Virus record (IMG/VR): IMGVR_UViG_3300016484_000424
Span: 1-58,780 of that record
Source: a virus
Lineage: Duplodnaviria > Caudoviricetes
Length of the DNA stretch: 58,780 bases
Strand: one strand, 5' to 3'
The notes under the pieces: generated by a model
Told to the model about the DNA's origin: nothing
The model's input: only the letters and a program-made list of their open reading frames with translations
Databases searched by the model: none
Made by a program: the position numbers and the translations under genes
Part shown: one piece after another, positions 9,679-19,596 of the stretch
Layout: each line of letters begins with the position of its first letter
How positions within the stretch are numbered: the stretch's first letter is position 1

Positions 9679-10119
9679 ATGGCATCCATCAAGAGCGCGG
9701 GCTACCTGAACCCGCAGACGACTCCGAACGACGGTTGCGCCGTGTTTCTCAACGACTCGGCCACCATTTCCGCCAACCCGACTGCTGCCGATACGGTTGA
9801 TTTCCTCCTGCCCGCAGGCCAGGAACTCTCCGTGCTGCGCTTCGTACTACCGGACATGGACACCGGCGGCAGCCCGGCCATGGCCGGCAAGATCGGCTAT
9901 GCGCCGGTGGCTTCTGACTCGACCCTGACCGGCGACGACGACTACTTCCGCGCCACGGCCGCCATCGGCCAAGCCGCAGGCTTGATCGACTGCGCGTTCG
10001 CCCCCGTCATGTTCCAAGAGGACGTGAAGATTCAGATCACCTGGACCACGGCTGCAGCGACCTTTGCCGCTGGCTCCGTCTACATGGTGGCTGGCGTCAA
10101 CAGCAAGGGCGCGCGCTGA
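9679..10119 (+). CDS. Virion structural (decoration-like) protein
   Basis: Position after MCP; beta-rich; DMDTG motif. Confidence 0.6.
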   Translation: MASIKSAGYLNPQTTPNDGCAVFLNDSATISANPTAADTVDFLLPAGQELSVLRFVLPDMDTGGSPAMAGKIGYAPVASDSTLTGDDDYFRATAAIGQAAGLIDCAFAPVMFQEDVKIQITWTTAAATFAAGSVYMVAGVNSKGAR

Positions 10120-10174
10120 TCAAGCGCTGACCTGAGCAAGCGGGCTGGCTGCGGCTGGCCCGCTCATCAAGGAG

Positions 10175-10660
10175 ATGAGCATGGACGAGAAGACTGAAGC
10201 GCAGATTGCGGTCGCCTACGTGGGCCTGAAGGCCAGCGAGACCGACCATCTGTACGGCACGGGCATCACCTGGGTCGGAAAGGACGACGTGCAACTGGTC
10301 CCGGCGAGCGCCTGGGACAAGATGAAGAAGCACGCCGACGTGTGGCGCGAAGTCACTGCCGCCGAGCAGGAGCAGGCCGTCGAGGAAGTCCCGGCCGACA
10401 TCGCCTATGCACTGAGCGACGCGCACAGCAAGGCCCTGCGCGCCGAAGAGGCCGTCACTGCGGAAATTCCGCAGTCAGAACCCAAGCAGGAGACGGCAGC
10501 ACCGACCGGCAAGACTGCCGCGGCGCTTGCCAAGCGGTTTTCACGCATGGATGACGACGAAGTTCGGGCCTACGTGAAGGCGGCCGGCAAGTCTCTCCAC
10601 CACAAGTTGACCGGCGACAACCTGCGCAGCAAGGCGCTGGAACTGCTGGCCGAGGACTGA
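10175..10660 (+). CDS. Hypothetical virion-associated protein
   Basis: AAGGAG RBS; D.LYGTG..W motif; synteny with 933W-like heads. Confidence 0.6.
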   Translation: MSMDEKTEAQIAVAYVGLKASETDHLYGTGITWVGKDDVQLVPASAWDKMKKHADVWREVTAAEQEQAVEEVPADIAYALSDAHSKALRAEEAVTAEIPQSEPKQETAAPTGKTAAALAKRFSRMDDDEVRAYVKAAGKSLHHKLTGDNLRSKALELLAED

Positions 10661-10663
10661 TCA

Positions 10664-11443
10664 ATGGCCGTCACCACCACCGTCAAGAGCTTCCTGAATG
10701 GCGTCAGCACGACGCTGATGGACATGCCGCAGTACAGCCGCTATCCCGAAGTGGAGATGGTGCGCTACGTGAACTTCGGCCAGCGCGCCATTGCGAAGTA
10801 CCTGCCACAAGCGGGCGCCCGCGTGGACGCGATCAAGCTGCAGGCCGGCACGCGGCAGGATCTGACCAAGGTGCTGGCGGCCAACATCCTGCCAGGCGAT
10901 GGATCCAGCGCGGCGGACACGGCGGGCATCGCGCTGATCGAAGTTCGCAAGAACATGGGCGCCAGCGGCACGACCGCAGGCCGCGTGATCCGCGTGGTGG
11001 ACCGCTACACCAAGGACTCCACCGACCCTGACTGGCACACCCGCACTGGTTCGGTGATCAAGGAGTTCGTCTTTGAGCGCAACACGCCGAAGCAGTTCGA
11101 GGTTTCGCCCGGCGTGACCGGCTCCGTGTGGGTCGAGGTGAGTTGGATGGCCGAGCCCAAGGCCGTGCCTGACGGCGGCAACCCCGGCTCAGAGCTCTAC
11201 GCCTACGACGGCTCATCGACCACGCTGCTGGGCATCCAGGACCAGTACGTCGAAGACCTTCACAACTACGTGGTTGCGATGTGCTTGCTCAAGGGCAGCA
11301 AGAACACCGAGAACATGCCCAAGGCGCAGTTGCATGCGTCGATGTTCATGAACTCGATCAACGCCCAGGCGGCCGTGGTGGCTGGCGTCAGCCCGAACCT
11401 GAAGCAGTTGCCCTTCGTCAACGAGATCCCGGCAGCCGCATGA
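10664..11443 (+). CDS. Head-tail adaptor (DUF6682-like)
   Basis: E..RYVN.GQR.I, L.AGTRQ, DPDWH motifs. Confidence 0.7.
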   Translation: MAVTTTVKSFLNGVSTTLMDMPQYSRYPEVEMVRYVNFGQRAIAKYLPQAGARVDAIKLQAGTRQDLTKVLAANILPGDGSSAADTAGIALIEVRKNMGASGTTAGRVIRVVDRYTKDSTDPDWHTRTGSVIKEFVFERNTPKQFEVSPGVTGSVWVEVSWMAEPKAVPDGGNPGSELYAYDGSSTTLLGIQDQYVEDLHNYVVAMCLLKGSKNTENMPKAQLHASMFMNSINAQAAVVAGVSPNLKQLPFVNEIPAAA

Positions 11444-12042
11444 ACTACGCCGACATGATGGACCGCATCCTGCCCTACGTGGCAGGCTGTCCCGAGGATC
11501 TGGCTGTCCAGAAACTCAGGGACTCGGCCATCGAGTTCTGCACCGAGACGCAGTGCCACATCACCGGCATGACCGTGCGCTTTGACGGCGCATCGGCAGC
11601 GCCGGCAGACATGACCATGCAAGTGGTGGACGTGGTGGACGCCAAGGTGGGCGGCGAGCAGATCCGAGTGCTGGCCTTGAATGACCCTGACATCGACGAA
11701 CTGGAAGACGGCGAGTACGCCCTGCGGTTCTCCGACCCGAACGCGCTCTACCTGATCCCCAGCGCAACGGCCGCCGCGCCCGTGACTGTGGACATCCTGG
11801 CCATCGTCGCACCCGGCCCTGACTCGACCAAGGTCCACGACGACCTATGGAGGCGGCACCACGAGGCCGTCATCAATGGCGCCCTGTCTCGGCTCTACGA
11901 GATCCCGGCCAGGGCCTGGAGCAACCCGCAACTCGCCGGCTACCACGGCGGGAAGTTTGAAGCAGCCAAGCGCAAGGCCATGGCTGACGCCCATCGCAAT
12001 CACCTGAAACCCGCGCGCAGGTTGCGCGTGAAACCTGCTTGA
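11440..12042 (+). CDS. Head-tail connector protein
   Basis: ILPYV.GCP......LRDSAIEFC..T...WSNP.LA. Confidence 0.7.
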   Translation: MNYADMMDRILPYVAGCPEDLAVQKLRDSAIEFCTETQCHITGMTVRFDGASAAPADMTMQVVDVVDAKVGGEQIRVLALNDPDIDELEDGEYALRFSDPNALYLIPSATAAAPVTVDILAIVAPGPDSTKVHDDLWRRHHEAVINGALSRLYEIPARAWSNPQLAGYHGGKFEAAKRKAMADAHRNHLKPARRLRVKPA

Positions 12043-12052
12043 AGGAAGAACC

Positions 12053-12559
12053 ATGGCTTTGATCACCGCTGACTTCGCTGTCCGCCTCTCTGGCGGATCG
12101 GCCAATACCGACGCCAATGCCGCTCTCGGCGGCGCCAAGAGTTCGACGGCCGCATCGACCTCTGTCGATTCGCTTTTCGACACCGTTGGCAGTTCCGAGG
12201 CGTCTGCCGGCGACACCGAGTACCGCTGCGTCTACCTGCACAACGCCAACGCATCCAGCACGATGCTGTCGGCCGTGGTGTGGGTCTCGGCGAACACCCC
12301 GAGCTCAGGCACGACCCTGGACATCGGCGTGGGCACCTCGGCCGTCAACGGCACCGAGCAGACCGTGGCCAACGAGAACACCGCGCCGTCTGGTGTGTCG
12401 TTCTCTGCGCCATCCTCGCAAGGCGCAGGCCTTTCGCTTGGGGACATCCCTGCCGGTCAAAGCAAGGCGATCTGGCTGCGCCGCACGGTCAATGCATCGA
12501 CCTCGGCCTCGGCCAGCGACACGTTCACCCTTGGCTTCGGTGCTGACTACACCTCCTGA
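12053..12559 (+). CDS. Virion structural protein
   Basis: LSGG..N.D....LGG, LFD.V...E...G..EYRC.Y, AIWLRRTV. Confidence 0.65.
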   Translation: MALITADFAVRLSGGSANTDANAALGGAKSSTAASTSVDSLFDTVGSSEASAGDTEYRCVYLHNANASSTMLSAVVWVSANTPSSGTTLDIGVGTSAVNGTEQTVANENTAPSGVSFSAPSSQGAGLSLGDIPAGQSKAIWLRRTVNASTSASASDTFTLGFGADYTS

Positions 12560-12569
12560 TCGCTGACCC

Positions 12570-13388
12570 ATGGCAAAGCTCGCTGACATCATCGGCTGCA
12601 CGACCACCACCACCGGCACAGGCACGCTGACGCTTGGCGCTGCGCTGACTGGGCTGCGCACGTTCGCTGCTGCGTCCGAGTTGGCCGATGGCGATGTGGT
12701 GCCCTACTCGATCAAGGCCAGCAACGGAAACCAAGAAACTGGCACTGGCACGCTTGGCAGCAGCAAGACCACGCTCACGCGCACTCTGGGCTCGTCGAGC
12801 ACGGGCTCGCTGCTGTCACTGACCGGCACGTCTGAAGTAAGGCTGTCAGTCGTTGCATCTCAAGTCGGCGACACATGGTGGGCCGCAAATGGCGCCGGCA
12901 ATGTGCGGTCCAGTGCGCTGACAGGTGTTGAAACTGAGATTACTGACTCGACCATTCTAAACGGCGATTCCGTCCTGACCGGCTTTCGCAAACTGATTGC
13001 CCGCGCAGCAGGAAAAGCCGCTCTTGCTGCAGCTCAGACATTCTCAGGGGCGCAGCGCGGATCTATTACGACGCTGACACCAAGCGGGACTATCACAATA
13101 AATGCCAATGACGGCAACTTCTTCACCCTAACACCGAATGCCAATTTTGGTATTGCAAACCCGACCAATTTGGCCGCTGGCCAATCTTTCGTAATTGAGA
13201 TTACACAGCCGGCCAGCGGCGGGCCACGGGTTATCAGCAGCTGGGGGTCTTACTTTCACTATGCCGGCGGTCTTTCCACGCTCCCGGCATTGAGCACGGC
13301 TGCAAATGCGGTTGACGTTATAAGCTGCATCGCCTGGACATCGACGCGCATTCAGATTATCGGCATTGCCAAGGATGTGAAGGCATGA
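12570..13388 (+). CDS. Tail fibre-like protein
   Basis: TTTTGTGTLTLG start; AQTFSGAQRG; NPTNL.AGQS...I.Q...G.R; LSTAANAVDVIS. Confidence 0.7.
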   Translation: MAKLADIIGCTTTTTGTGTLTLGAALTGLRTFAAASELADGDVVPYSIKASNGNQETGTGTLGSSKTTLTRTLGSSSTGSLLSLTGTSEVRLSVVASQVGDTWWAANGAGNVRSSALTGVETEITDSTILNGDSVLTGFRKLIARAAGKAALAAAQTFSGAQRGSITTLTPSGTITINANDGNFFTLTPNANFGIANPTNLAAGQSFVIEITQPASGGPRVISSWGSYFHYAGGLSTLPALSTAANAVDVISCIAWTSTRIQIIGIAKDVKA

Positions 13389-13909
13389 TTCCCGGGGCGC
13401 CACTCCCCTGGGTGCCGACCGCCGCAAGTACGTCATCTGTCAATGTTGCGCTCGCAGCTAATGGAGCATCAGCAGCAGCGTCCAGTCAGCTCAGCGCAAA
13501 TTTTCCGCCGTCGTCAGCTATTAACGGCTCGCGCACGGCGGCGGGCTGGGGTTCAGGGTCTGGTGGCTGGGCATGCGGTACGCCCAATACGTGGCCCGAT
13601 TGGTTGGAGGTGACGTTTGCAGAATCTAGCTCGATCCAAACAATCAACGTTATCGGCATACCGGATAATTTCGGAGACGCCCCAGAACCCACACTAAGCA
13701 TGGTGGCTACGGAATTCCCGCTAACAGATTTTGTCGTCGAGTATTGGGACGGGTCGGCATGGGCCACTGTTCCGGGCGGGAATGTGACCGGAAATGATAA
13801 AGTATGGCGGCAGTTCACATTTATCCCGATAACGACGACAAAGATACGGGTTTATATTACAGCCGGATATGCTTATTCAATCATTTGCGAACTTGAGGCG
13901 TGGACATGA
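13385..13909 (+). CDS. Discoidin/F5-8 type C (galactose-binding-like) domain protein
   Basis: NVALAANGASA.ASS, AING.R, PDWLEVTF, YWDGSAW, TTKIRV, ELEAW. Confidence 0.75.
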   Translation: MIPGAPLPWVPTAASTSSVNVALAANGASAAASSQLSANFPPSSAINGSRTAAGWGSGSGGWACGTPNTWPDWLEVTFAESSSIQTINVIGIPDNFGDAPEPTLSMVATEFPLTDFVVEYWDGSAWATVPGGNVTGNDKVWRQFTFIPITTTKIRVYITAGYAYSIICELEAWT

Positions 13910-14457
13910 GAACCGTCACAAAATACGTATCCGCTTCTGGGGCGCAAATATCTGCCGACTGGTGGGCGGCTGATGACGGCACGCACTACCTTGTGCGCGC
14001 TCTATCGGATGAGCAGCGGCAGGCGCTGGGCATCACAACCACGACTGAGCAGATACCGGAGCCGCCCGCGCCCAGCTTGGCGTCCCAAAAATCGATGGTG
14101 GTGGCCCAAATCGACGCTGAAGTCGATGCCATCTATCGATCTGTGATTGGCGAGCGCCAGCCAGAGTATGCAGAGGCGGAAAAAGAGGCTCAGGCGTACA
14201 AGGACGCTGGCTACACAGGTAGCGTCCCTGGCTATGTGGCTTCGTGGGTCACTGCCTCTGGCAAGACCGCGCAAGCTGCCGCTGATGACATCCTGAGCAC
14301 CGCTCAGGCATGGCGCGCTGCTGCGGGTGCGATGCGCGCAGCGCGCCTGGGGCACAAGGCACAAGCAGGCGCAGCGACGACTCAAGCGGCTCTTGATGCT
14401 GTGCGCGCATCCTGGGTCACGTCAATCGGTCAAATCCGGGCTGCGCTGGGGCTGTAA
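13906..14457 (+). CDS. Tail fibre assembly-like protein
   Basis: QID.EVD..Y, EY..AE.EA.AYK.AGY, AADDIL..A..W...R.ARL. Confidence 0.6.
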   Translation: MRTVTKYVSASGAQISADWWAADDGTHYLVRALSDEQRQALGITTTTEQIPEPPAPSLASQKSMVVAQIDAEVDAIYRSVIGERQPEYAEAEKEAQAYKDAGYTGSVPGYVASWVTASGKTAQAAADDILSTAQAWRAAAGAMRAARLGHKAQAGAATTQAALDAVRASWVTSIGQIRAALGL

Positions 14458-14460
14458 CCC

Positions 14461-15570
14461 ATGTCCCTCGGCGTCGCGGCACTTGGTGAACTGGCACTCG
14501 GCGAAGCGCCTGCCAGTGGCGGCTCTGCGACTGCAACGTTCTCGGCCTCATGGTCGATCCGCAATGGCGCCTCGGCCACTGTCGCAGGTTCGTGGTCCAT
14601 CAGGGCTGCGCAGACCGCGAGCATTGCCGGCGGCTGGTCGATCAGGAATGGGCAGACCGCCTCGCTTGCCGGCTCCTGGGCGATCAGGAATGCCACCACA
14701 GCAAGCCTTGGTGGGTCTTGGTCAATCAAGGGTGCGCAGACAGCCTCACTCAGCGGCAGTTGGTCGATCCGCAATGGCGCGACGGCGACGCTTGATGGCT
14801 CATGGGTCATCCGCGCAGCGCAGACTGGCTCGCTGACCGGCTCATGGTCGATCCGCAACCCGCAGACGGCATCGATCAGCGGCGCCTGGAGCATCAGGTC
14901 GGCGCAAACTGGCGCATTCAGCGGCGCTTGGTCGATCGTCAACAGCGCAACAGCTACCCTCGACGGATCTTGGACGATCCAGGGCGTCGGGACGGTCATC
15001 ACCTCGTTCTTGGGCGCGTGGTCGATCCGCAATGCGTCTGCGCCGGCGAGCATGGCCGGCAGTTGGACCATCCGCAACGCTGCGCAGGGCTCGAAGTCTG
15101 GCGCATGGTCGATCAGGAACAGCGCGACCAATACTCTCGACGGCGCCTGGAGCATCCGCAACACGGCCACCGGGTCCACATCCGGGGCATGGACCATCCG
15201 CGCAGCACAAACCGGATCGTTCTCGGGTGCGTGGTCCATCGTCAACCTGCTGTCGGCAACGGCAACGCTCACGGGTTCGTGGTCGATCAAGAACGTGGCC
15301 GTGGCGTCGGTCCCTGGCTCATGGTCCATCCGCAACGCGGCCACGGGCAGCGCATCGGGCGGTTGGTCCATCCGCGAGGCCATGGCCAGCACATTGCCGG
15401 GCTCATGGAGCATCCGCAACAGCCGCACGCGGACCTTCTCGGGTGCTTGGAGCATCGTGAGCGATGTCGTCATTGATCTGGAGCGCTCGACCATCGAACG
15501 CTTCTCACCGAGCCGATCGCGGCTCTTTGTCAGCAGCCGCTCAAACGGCCTGACCAGCCCGCGGAGGTAG
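14461..15570 (+). CDS. Repeat-rich virion protein with 22 GxWSIRN repeats
   Basis: Mostly 14-aa (42-nt) periodic G[SA]W[ST]IRN units. Confidence 0.75.
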   Translation: MSLGVAALGELALGEAPASGGSATATFSASWSIRNGASATVAGSWSIRAAQTASIAGGWSIRNGQTASLAGSWAIRNATTASLGGSWSIKGAQTASLSGSWSIRNGATATLDGSWVIRAAQTGSLTGSWSIRNPQTASISGAWSIRSAQTGAFSGAWSIVNSATATLDGSWTIQGVGTVITSFLGAWSIRNASAPASMAGSWTIRNAAQGSKSGAWSIRNSATNTLDGAWSIRNTATGSTSGAWTIRAAQTGSFSGAWSIVNLLSATATLTGSWSIKNVAVASVPGSWSIRNAATGSASGGWSIREAMASTLPGSWSIRNSRTRTFSGAWSIVSDVVIDLERSTIERFSPSRSRLFVSSRSNGLTSPRR

Positions 15571-15574
15571 GCGC

Positions 15575-15940
15575 ATGTTCCTAGGCACCATCACCAAGCA
15601 ACCGAGCGAGATCATCCCGATCGACATCGACTACTCGAAGGTCATCGGCGATCGCACAGCTTCGTCGATCTCGCTGACCGTGACCCCGCCAAGCGGCATG
15701 GCCATGGAGTCGGCCGAGGCTGACGCAACCGAGCGGTTCGGTCAGGTCTACGTGTCAGGCGGCACCGATGCGACGGCCTACAAGTGGACTGTGCAAGCCG
15801 ACATCGTGATCGCCGGCAAGACCACGCGAGTCGAGGACGAGTTCACGGTGCAAGTCGCCGAGATCACGGCGGACACGTCGGCCGCCTCGCAATCTGCAAC
15901 ACCTGTCGGCGCTAGCTCTGGCTGGCCGGCGATCTTCTGA
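15575..15940 (+). CDS. Virion structural protein
   Basis: KQPSE.....IDY, V.VSGGTD...YK, EDEF.V.V. Confidence 0.65.
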   Translation: MFLGTITKQPSEIIPIDIDYSKVIGDRTASSISLTVTPPSGMAMESAEADATERFGQVYVSGGTDATAYKWTVQADIVIAGKTTRVEDEFTVQVAEITADTSAASQSATPVGASSGWPAIF

Positions 15941-15949
15941 GGGGCCGTC

Positions 15950-16456
15950 ATGGGCGTATTGGTGGCATTCAGGCACAACGACTCGCGGCTCTATGCGCGC
16001 GTGGTGCGCTTCTTCCGCGGCGGCGACACGGCGCACAGCGAAGTCGGCATCCCTGACGCCGGCGGCAATCGCCTGGGGCTGTGCTTCAGCAGTAGCTACA
16101 CCGATGGCGGCGTGCGCGCCAAGGTGTTGGACCTGACCGACCCGCACAAGTGGCGCGTCTACTGGTGGGCGCACGACTTCATCGACCCGATGGAGTGGCT
16201 GCGCGTCAACTTCAACTGCGGCTACGACCTGCGCGGCTGCATCGGCATCGGCGCCCCGCGCGTCGGCGAGGACCGCGACAAGAAGTTCTGCAGCGAGGCC
16301 AGCGCCGAGATCCTGAAACTCATCGACCCCCACACCTATGACCCGGCCCGCCTGGAGAGCTTCGTGCGCCAGCGCGCGCCGCTGGTGGTGTGGTCTGGCG
16401 TCGAGTGGACACCTTTTCAACAGAACCAAGGAACGACCAGTGAAGCCGAGATCTGA
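15950..16456 (+). CDS. Permuted papain-like (NlpC/P60, YiiX-like) protein
   Basis: TAHSEV upstream of YD..G and KKFCSE. Confidence 0.65.
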   Translation: MGVLVAFRHNDSRLYARVVRFFRGGDTAHSEVGIPDAGGNRLGLCFSSSYTDGGVRAKVLDLTDPHKWRVYWWAHDFIDPMEWLRVNFNCGYDLRGCIGIGAPRVGEDRDKKFCSEASAEILKLIDPHTYDPARLESFVRQRAPLVVWSGVEWTPFQQNQGTTSEAEI

Positions 16457-16754
16457 AGACACCCTGCCGGGCGATGCCATCGGCCATGACTCCGAGGGCC
16501 ACGTCCGCATCAGCAGGACGATCCCGCTGAACTGGATTGTCGGCGGCCTGATCGTGGTCGCTGGACAAGCGATCGCCATGTACTACGGCGTGCAGCGCCT
16601 GAACGATGCCGTCAAGGACATCCAGATCGAGCTCAAGGCGATCAACCTGGCATTGGTCTCGGCAAACACCAAGGGCGTGGAGCACGGCCTGCGCCTGACC
16701 GACATCGAGCGCCGTATCGGCGTGCTCGAAGAGCTGAAAAGGAGCGGCAAGTGA
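16440..16754 (+). CDS. Membrane protein (holin/antiholin candidate)
   Basis: One TM segment plus coiled coil, upstream of lysis genes. Confidence 0.55.
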   Translation: MKPRSEDTLPGDAIGHDSEGHVRISRTIPLNWIVGGLIVVAGQAIAMYYGVQRLNDAVKDIQIELKAINLALVSANTKGVEHGLRLTDIERRIGVLEELKRSGK

Positions 16755-16972
16755 AACTGATCGACAACATCCGAAGCGCATGGCGCCTTGCCACGGTATG
16801 GGTTGGCAGTGCAGCCGTGGCGTTCGGCGTACTTCCAGCGAAGCAACAAGAGGCTGTTCTTGGCTTGCTGCACATCCCCATGTCTGATGTGCCAGCCTAC
16901 CTTGGCATCGCCTTCATCGTGTCGCGCGTGATCAAGCAGAACCTGCCTGGACGAGATGGCGGGTACGAGTGA
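16751..16972 (+). CDS. Holin
   Basis: MKLIDN.R.AW...TVW, two TM segments, R.IKQ; precedes the endolysin. Confidence 0.7.
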   Translation: MKLIDNIRSAWRLATVWVGSAAVAFGVLPAKQQEAVLGLLHIPMSDVPAYLGIAFIVSRVIKQNLPGRDGGYE

Positions 16973-17679
16973 TGCGCGCGATCACTGAAATAAATTTGCA
17001 CTGCGCTGCAACTAAGCCGCAGTGGCTCGCTGGCCGACCGGCACAGGAGAAGGTTGCCGAGATCAAGAAGTGGCACGTTGTTGACAACGGGTGGGACGAC
17101 ATTGCCTATCACTTCATCATTGACCGAGACGGCTCCGTGGTGCGTGGGCGCAAGCCTGAGAAGGCCGGGGCGTTCGAGCCGGCGTGCAATGCCAGGGCCA
17201 TCGGCGTTTGCTTGATCGGCGGCTACGGCTCGAACGCAACGGACCAATTCGAGCAGCACTACACGCCCGAGCAGGACGCATCTCTGCGCACGCTGCTGCG
17301 GGTGCTTCAGTACAAGTACCCGGACGCGAAGAAGATCACCGGGCACAACGACTACAGGCAGAAGGGCTGTCCCGGCTTCAAGGTTGACCGCTGGCTGGCG
17401 CGCAAACCTCCGCGCACGTTTGCCGAGAGCGGCACGGCGGCCGGTGGCGGCGCTGCTGTTGCGGCCGGGTCGAGTCTCGCGGCTGTTGAGGTGGTCAAGC
17501 AGTTCTCCGAGGCGACAACCGAAGTCAAGGCTGCTGTTGTCGAAGTCCAGGCGCAGCGCGCCGAAGTCAAGGCCGACCCGGCTGACCCGTTGAAGTGGGT
17601 TCTGCTTGGCGTGATCGTCGCTGGCGCAGCGTTCGCGCTGTACCGCCGCTGGGCCGACTGGAAGGCTGGCCGTCAATGA
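16969..17679 (+). CDS. Endolysin, N-acetylmuramoyl-L-alanine amidase (Amidase_2) with C-terminal TM tail
   Basis: LHCAAT, GWDDIAYHFII..DG...GR, IGVCLIGG, GHND...K.CPGF. Confidence 0.9.
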   Translation: MMRAITEINLHCAATKPQWLAGRPAQEKVAEIKKWHVVDNGWDDIAYHFIIDRDGSVVRGRKPEKAGAFEPACNARAIGVCLIGGYGSNATDQFEQHYTPEQDASLRTLLRVLQYKYPDAKKITGHNDYRQKGCPGFKVDRWLARKPPRTFAESGTAAGGGAAVAAGSSLAAVEVVKQFSEATTEVKAAVVEVQAQRAEVKADPADPLKWVLLGVIVAGAAFALYRRWADWKAGRQ

Positions 17680-18224
17680 TCCCCATCCCGGCATTCACCA
17701 TCAGCCCGCGCCTGCTGCTTGGCGCGGCCGTTGCCGTGAGCATCTTCTACGGGGGTTGGGCGGCGCGAGCGCATCTCGCAAAGGGCGAGATCGCATCACT
17801 GAAGTTGGCGCACGCCGAAGCCGTTGCGGCTGCCGGAAAGAAGCTGCGCGACGCACAGGACGAAGCGCGCAAGCGCGAGATCGCACTGACAGAGCAGGCA
17901 CAAGGAATCGTCAATGAAGCAAGATCCGTTCTACAAGGGCTTGAGCGTCAGATCGGCGCTTCTGACGCTGCTTCTCGTGGCTTGCTCGACTCCGCAGCAA
18001 GAGCCGCCGGTCGTTGCTCCGCGAGTGCGAATCCCGCCCCTACCGGGGGAGGCGCTGGCCCCACCATGTCCGGCGGCAGGACAGACGGCGACAGGCTCTT
18101 GCGAGTTCTTGGCGAACTTGACGGCTTTGCGGGAGCGGCTGCAGAGGATTCTGGACGGGCAAGAGCCGCCCGCGCAGCCTGCCAAGCAGCCTACGAAGCA
18201 GCCATGAAGGCGGTGAACCAGTGA
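17676..18224 (+). CDS. i-spanin (Rz-like)
   Basis: N-terminal TM, coiled coil, C-terminal AC..AY. Confidence 0.75.
   Translation: MIPIPAFTISPRLLLGAAVAVSIFYGGWAARAHLAKGEIASLKLAHAEAVAAAGKKLRDAQDEARKREIALTEQAQGIVNEARSVLQGLERQIGASDAASRGLLDSAARAAGRCSASANPAPTGGGAGPTMSGGRTDGDRLLRVLGELDGFAGAAAEDSGRARAARAACQAAYEAAMKAVNQ
17914..18207 (+). CDS. o-spanin (Rz1-like) embedded in Rz
   Basis: +1 frame within Rz; LLLVAC lipobox, Pro-rich; exact start uncertain. Confidence 0.7.
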   Translation: MKQDPFYKGLSVRSALLTLLLVACSTPQQEPPVVAPRVRIPPLPGEALAPPCPAAGQTATGSCEFLANLTALRERLQRILDGQEPPAQPAKQPTKQP

Positions 18225-18568
18225 AGATCAAGTCATGGCACTCACCGAAGGAGCAGATGTGCTCGCTCGGACGACATTCTTGGAGCGTTCCGAGGCTCTT
18301 CGAGTTGGCCAGAGAACTCCCAGTCATGGAAGTCCCGCTCGACCACTTGAGCCTGTACTACACCTACGAGAAGCTGACGCTCCGAGAGATGGTGATGCAC
18401 ATGAAGGCGGTGAACGAAGCCGACCTTGATAGGCCAATCATCTTGGACGAAGACGGCGAGTTGATGGACGGCAGGCACCGTCTCATGAAGGCCATGCTCA
18501 CTGGCGCCACGACGATCAAGGTGGTGCGCTTTGATGAGAACCCGATGCCAGACAGGGAGAGAGACTGA
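18221..18568 (+). CDS. ParB/Srx-like domain protein
   Basis: ADL..PIILD..G..MDGRHRL.KA. Confidence 0.75.
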   Translation: MKIKSWHSPKEQMCSLGRHSWSVPRLFELARELPVMEVPLDHLSLYYTYEKLTLREMVMHMKAVNEADLDRPIILDEDGELMDGRHRLMKAMLTGATTIKVVRFDENPMPDRERD

Positions 18569-18954
18569 TGCGGCGCCAAACCATCATGACCGCGATGCTT
18601 GCAATCCTGGCCTGGGCGGCGCTGCTGATTGCCATGTCGCCAGCCTTTGCGGCCGTGGTGATCGAGGACCCACGCTACTGCGGCGTCGAGAACATCAAGC
18701 GCAACCCGGACGGGACGATCAAGCGTTCTGACTCAGTGGCGCGGCGATTCCAGTACCTCTACGCCTGCCCAGCAACAGGCCTTCAGGTTGGGCCATGCCC
18801 TGGGTGGGCGAAAGACCACGTAGTGCCCCTCGCTGTTGGCGGCTGCGATGCGATCCACAACATGCAGTGGCTTCCGCTGACGATCAAGTCATGTTCAGGC
18901 GACCAGTGCAAGGACCGCTGGGAGCGCAAGGTCTACCAAAGGACCGCACCATGA
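18568..18954 (+). CDS. HNH nuclease with N-terminal signal peptide
   Basis: CP.TG...GPCPGW.KDHVVPLA.GGCD...NMQWL; hydrophobic N-terminus ending AFA. Confidence 0.8.
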   Translation: MRRQTIMTAMLAILAWAALLIAMSPAFAAVVIEDPRYCGVENIKRNPDGTIKRSDSVARRFQYLYACPATGLQVGPCPGWAKDHVVPLAVGGCDAIHNMQWLPLTIKSCSGDQCKDRWERKVYQRTAP

Positions 18955-19589
18955 GGCTCGTCCGCACCTTCAATCGCCGCGTCCACTTCGACGAGCGCAG
19001 CCGCGGCTACGGTGTCCGCGCCCTGGTGGGCGACAAGCCGCCGCGCAGCTACACATGGTCATGCTTGGCGTGGCTTGATCAGGGGGCAGAAGGGGCCTGC
19101 ACTGGATTTTCGATGGCTCACGGCATTGCCGCCCGCCCGCTGCCCAAGCGCGTGACCACTGATCTTGCGCAGGCCCTGTACCACCGCGCCCGCCAGCTCG
19201 ACGAATGGCCTGGTGATGACTACGAGGGCTCAAGTGTTCTCGGTGCCGTCAAAGCTGCCAAGGAGGCTGGCCACGTCAAGGAGTACCGCTGGGCCTTCGG
19301 TGTCGAAGACCTGAAGCTGACCCTTGGCTACGTCGGCCCTGCCGTGCTGGGCATCAACTGGTACGAGGGCATGCAAGACCCGGATGCGCGCGGCGTGATC
19401 CGCGTGTCGGGTGAGATCGCCGGCGGCCATGCCATCCTCTGCAACGGTTTCAACGTCAAGACCGGCATGTTCCGGCTGCACAACTCATGGGGCAGAGACT
19501 GGAGCGTCGGTGGCGAGTGCTTCATCAGCGAGGCTGACATGGCCCGCTTGCTGAAGGAAGACGGCGAAGCCTGCATCGTCCGAAAGTGA
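18951..19589 (+). CDS. Papain-family (C1) cysteine peptidase
   Basis: LDQG.EGACTGF, GGHAI, HNSWG..W catalytic motifs. Confidence 0.85.
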   Translation: MRLVRTFNRRVHFDERSRGYGVRALVGDKPPRSYTWSCLAWLDQGAEGACTGFSMAHGIAARPLPKRVTTDLAQALYHRARQLDEWPGDDYEGSSVLGAVKAAKEAGHVKEYRWAFGVEDLKLTLGYVGPAVLGINWYEGMQDPDARGVIRVSGEIAGGHAILCNGFNVKTGMFRLHNSWGRDWSVGGECFISEADMARLLKEDGEACIVRK

Positions 19590-19596
19590 GGGAACC

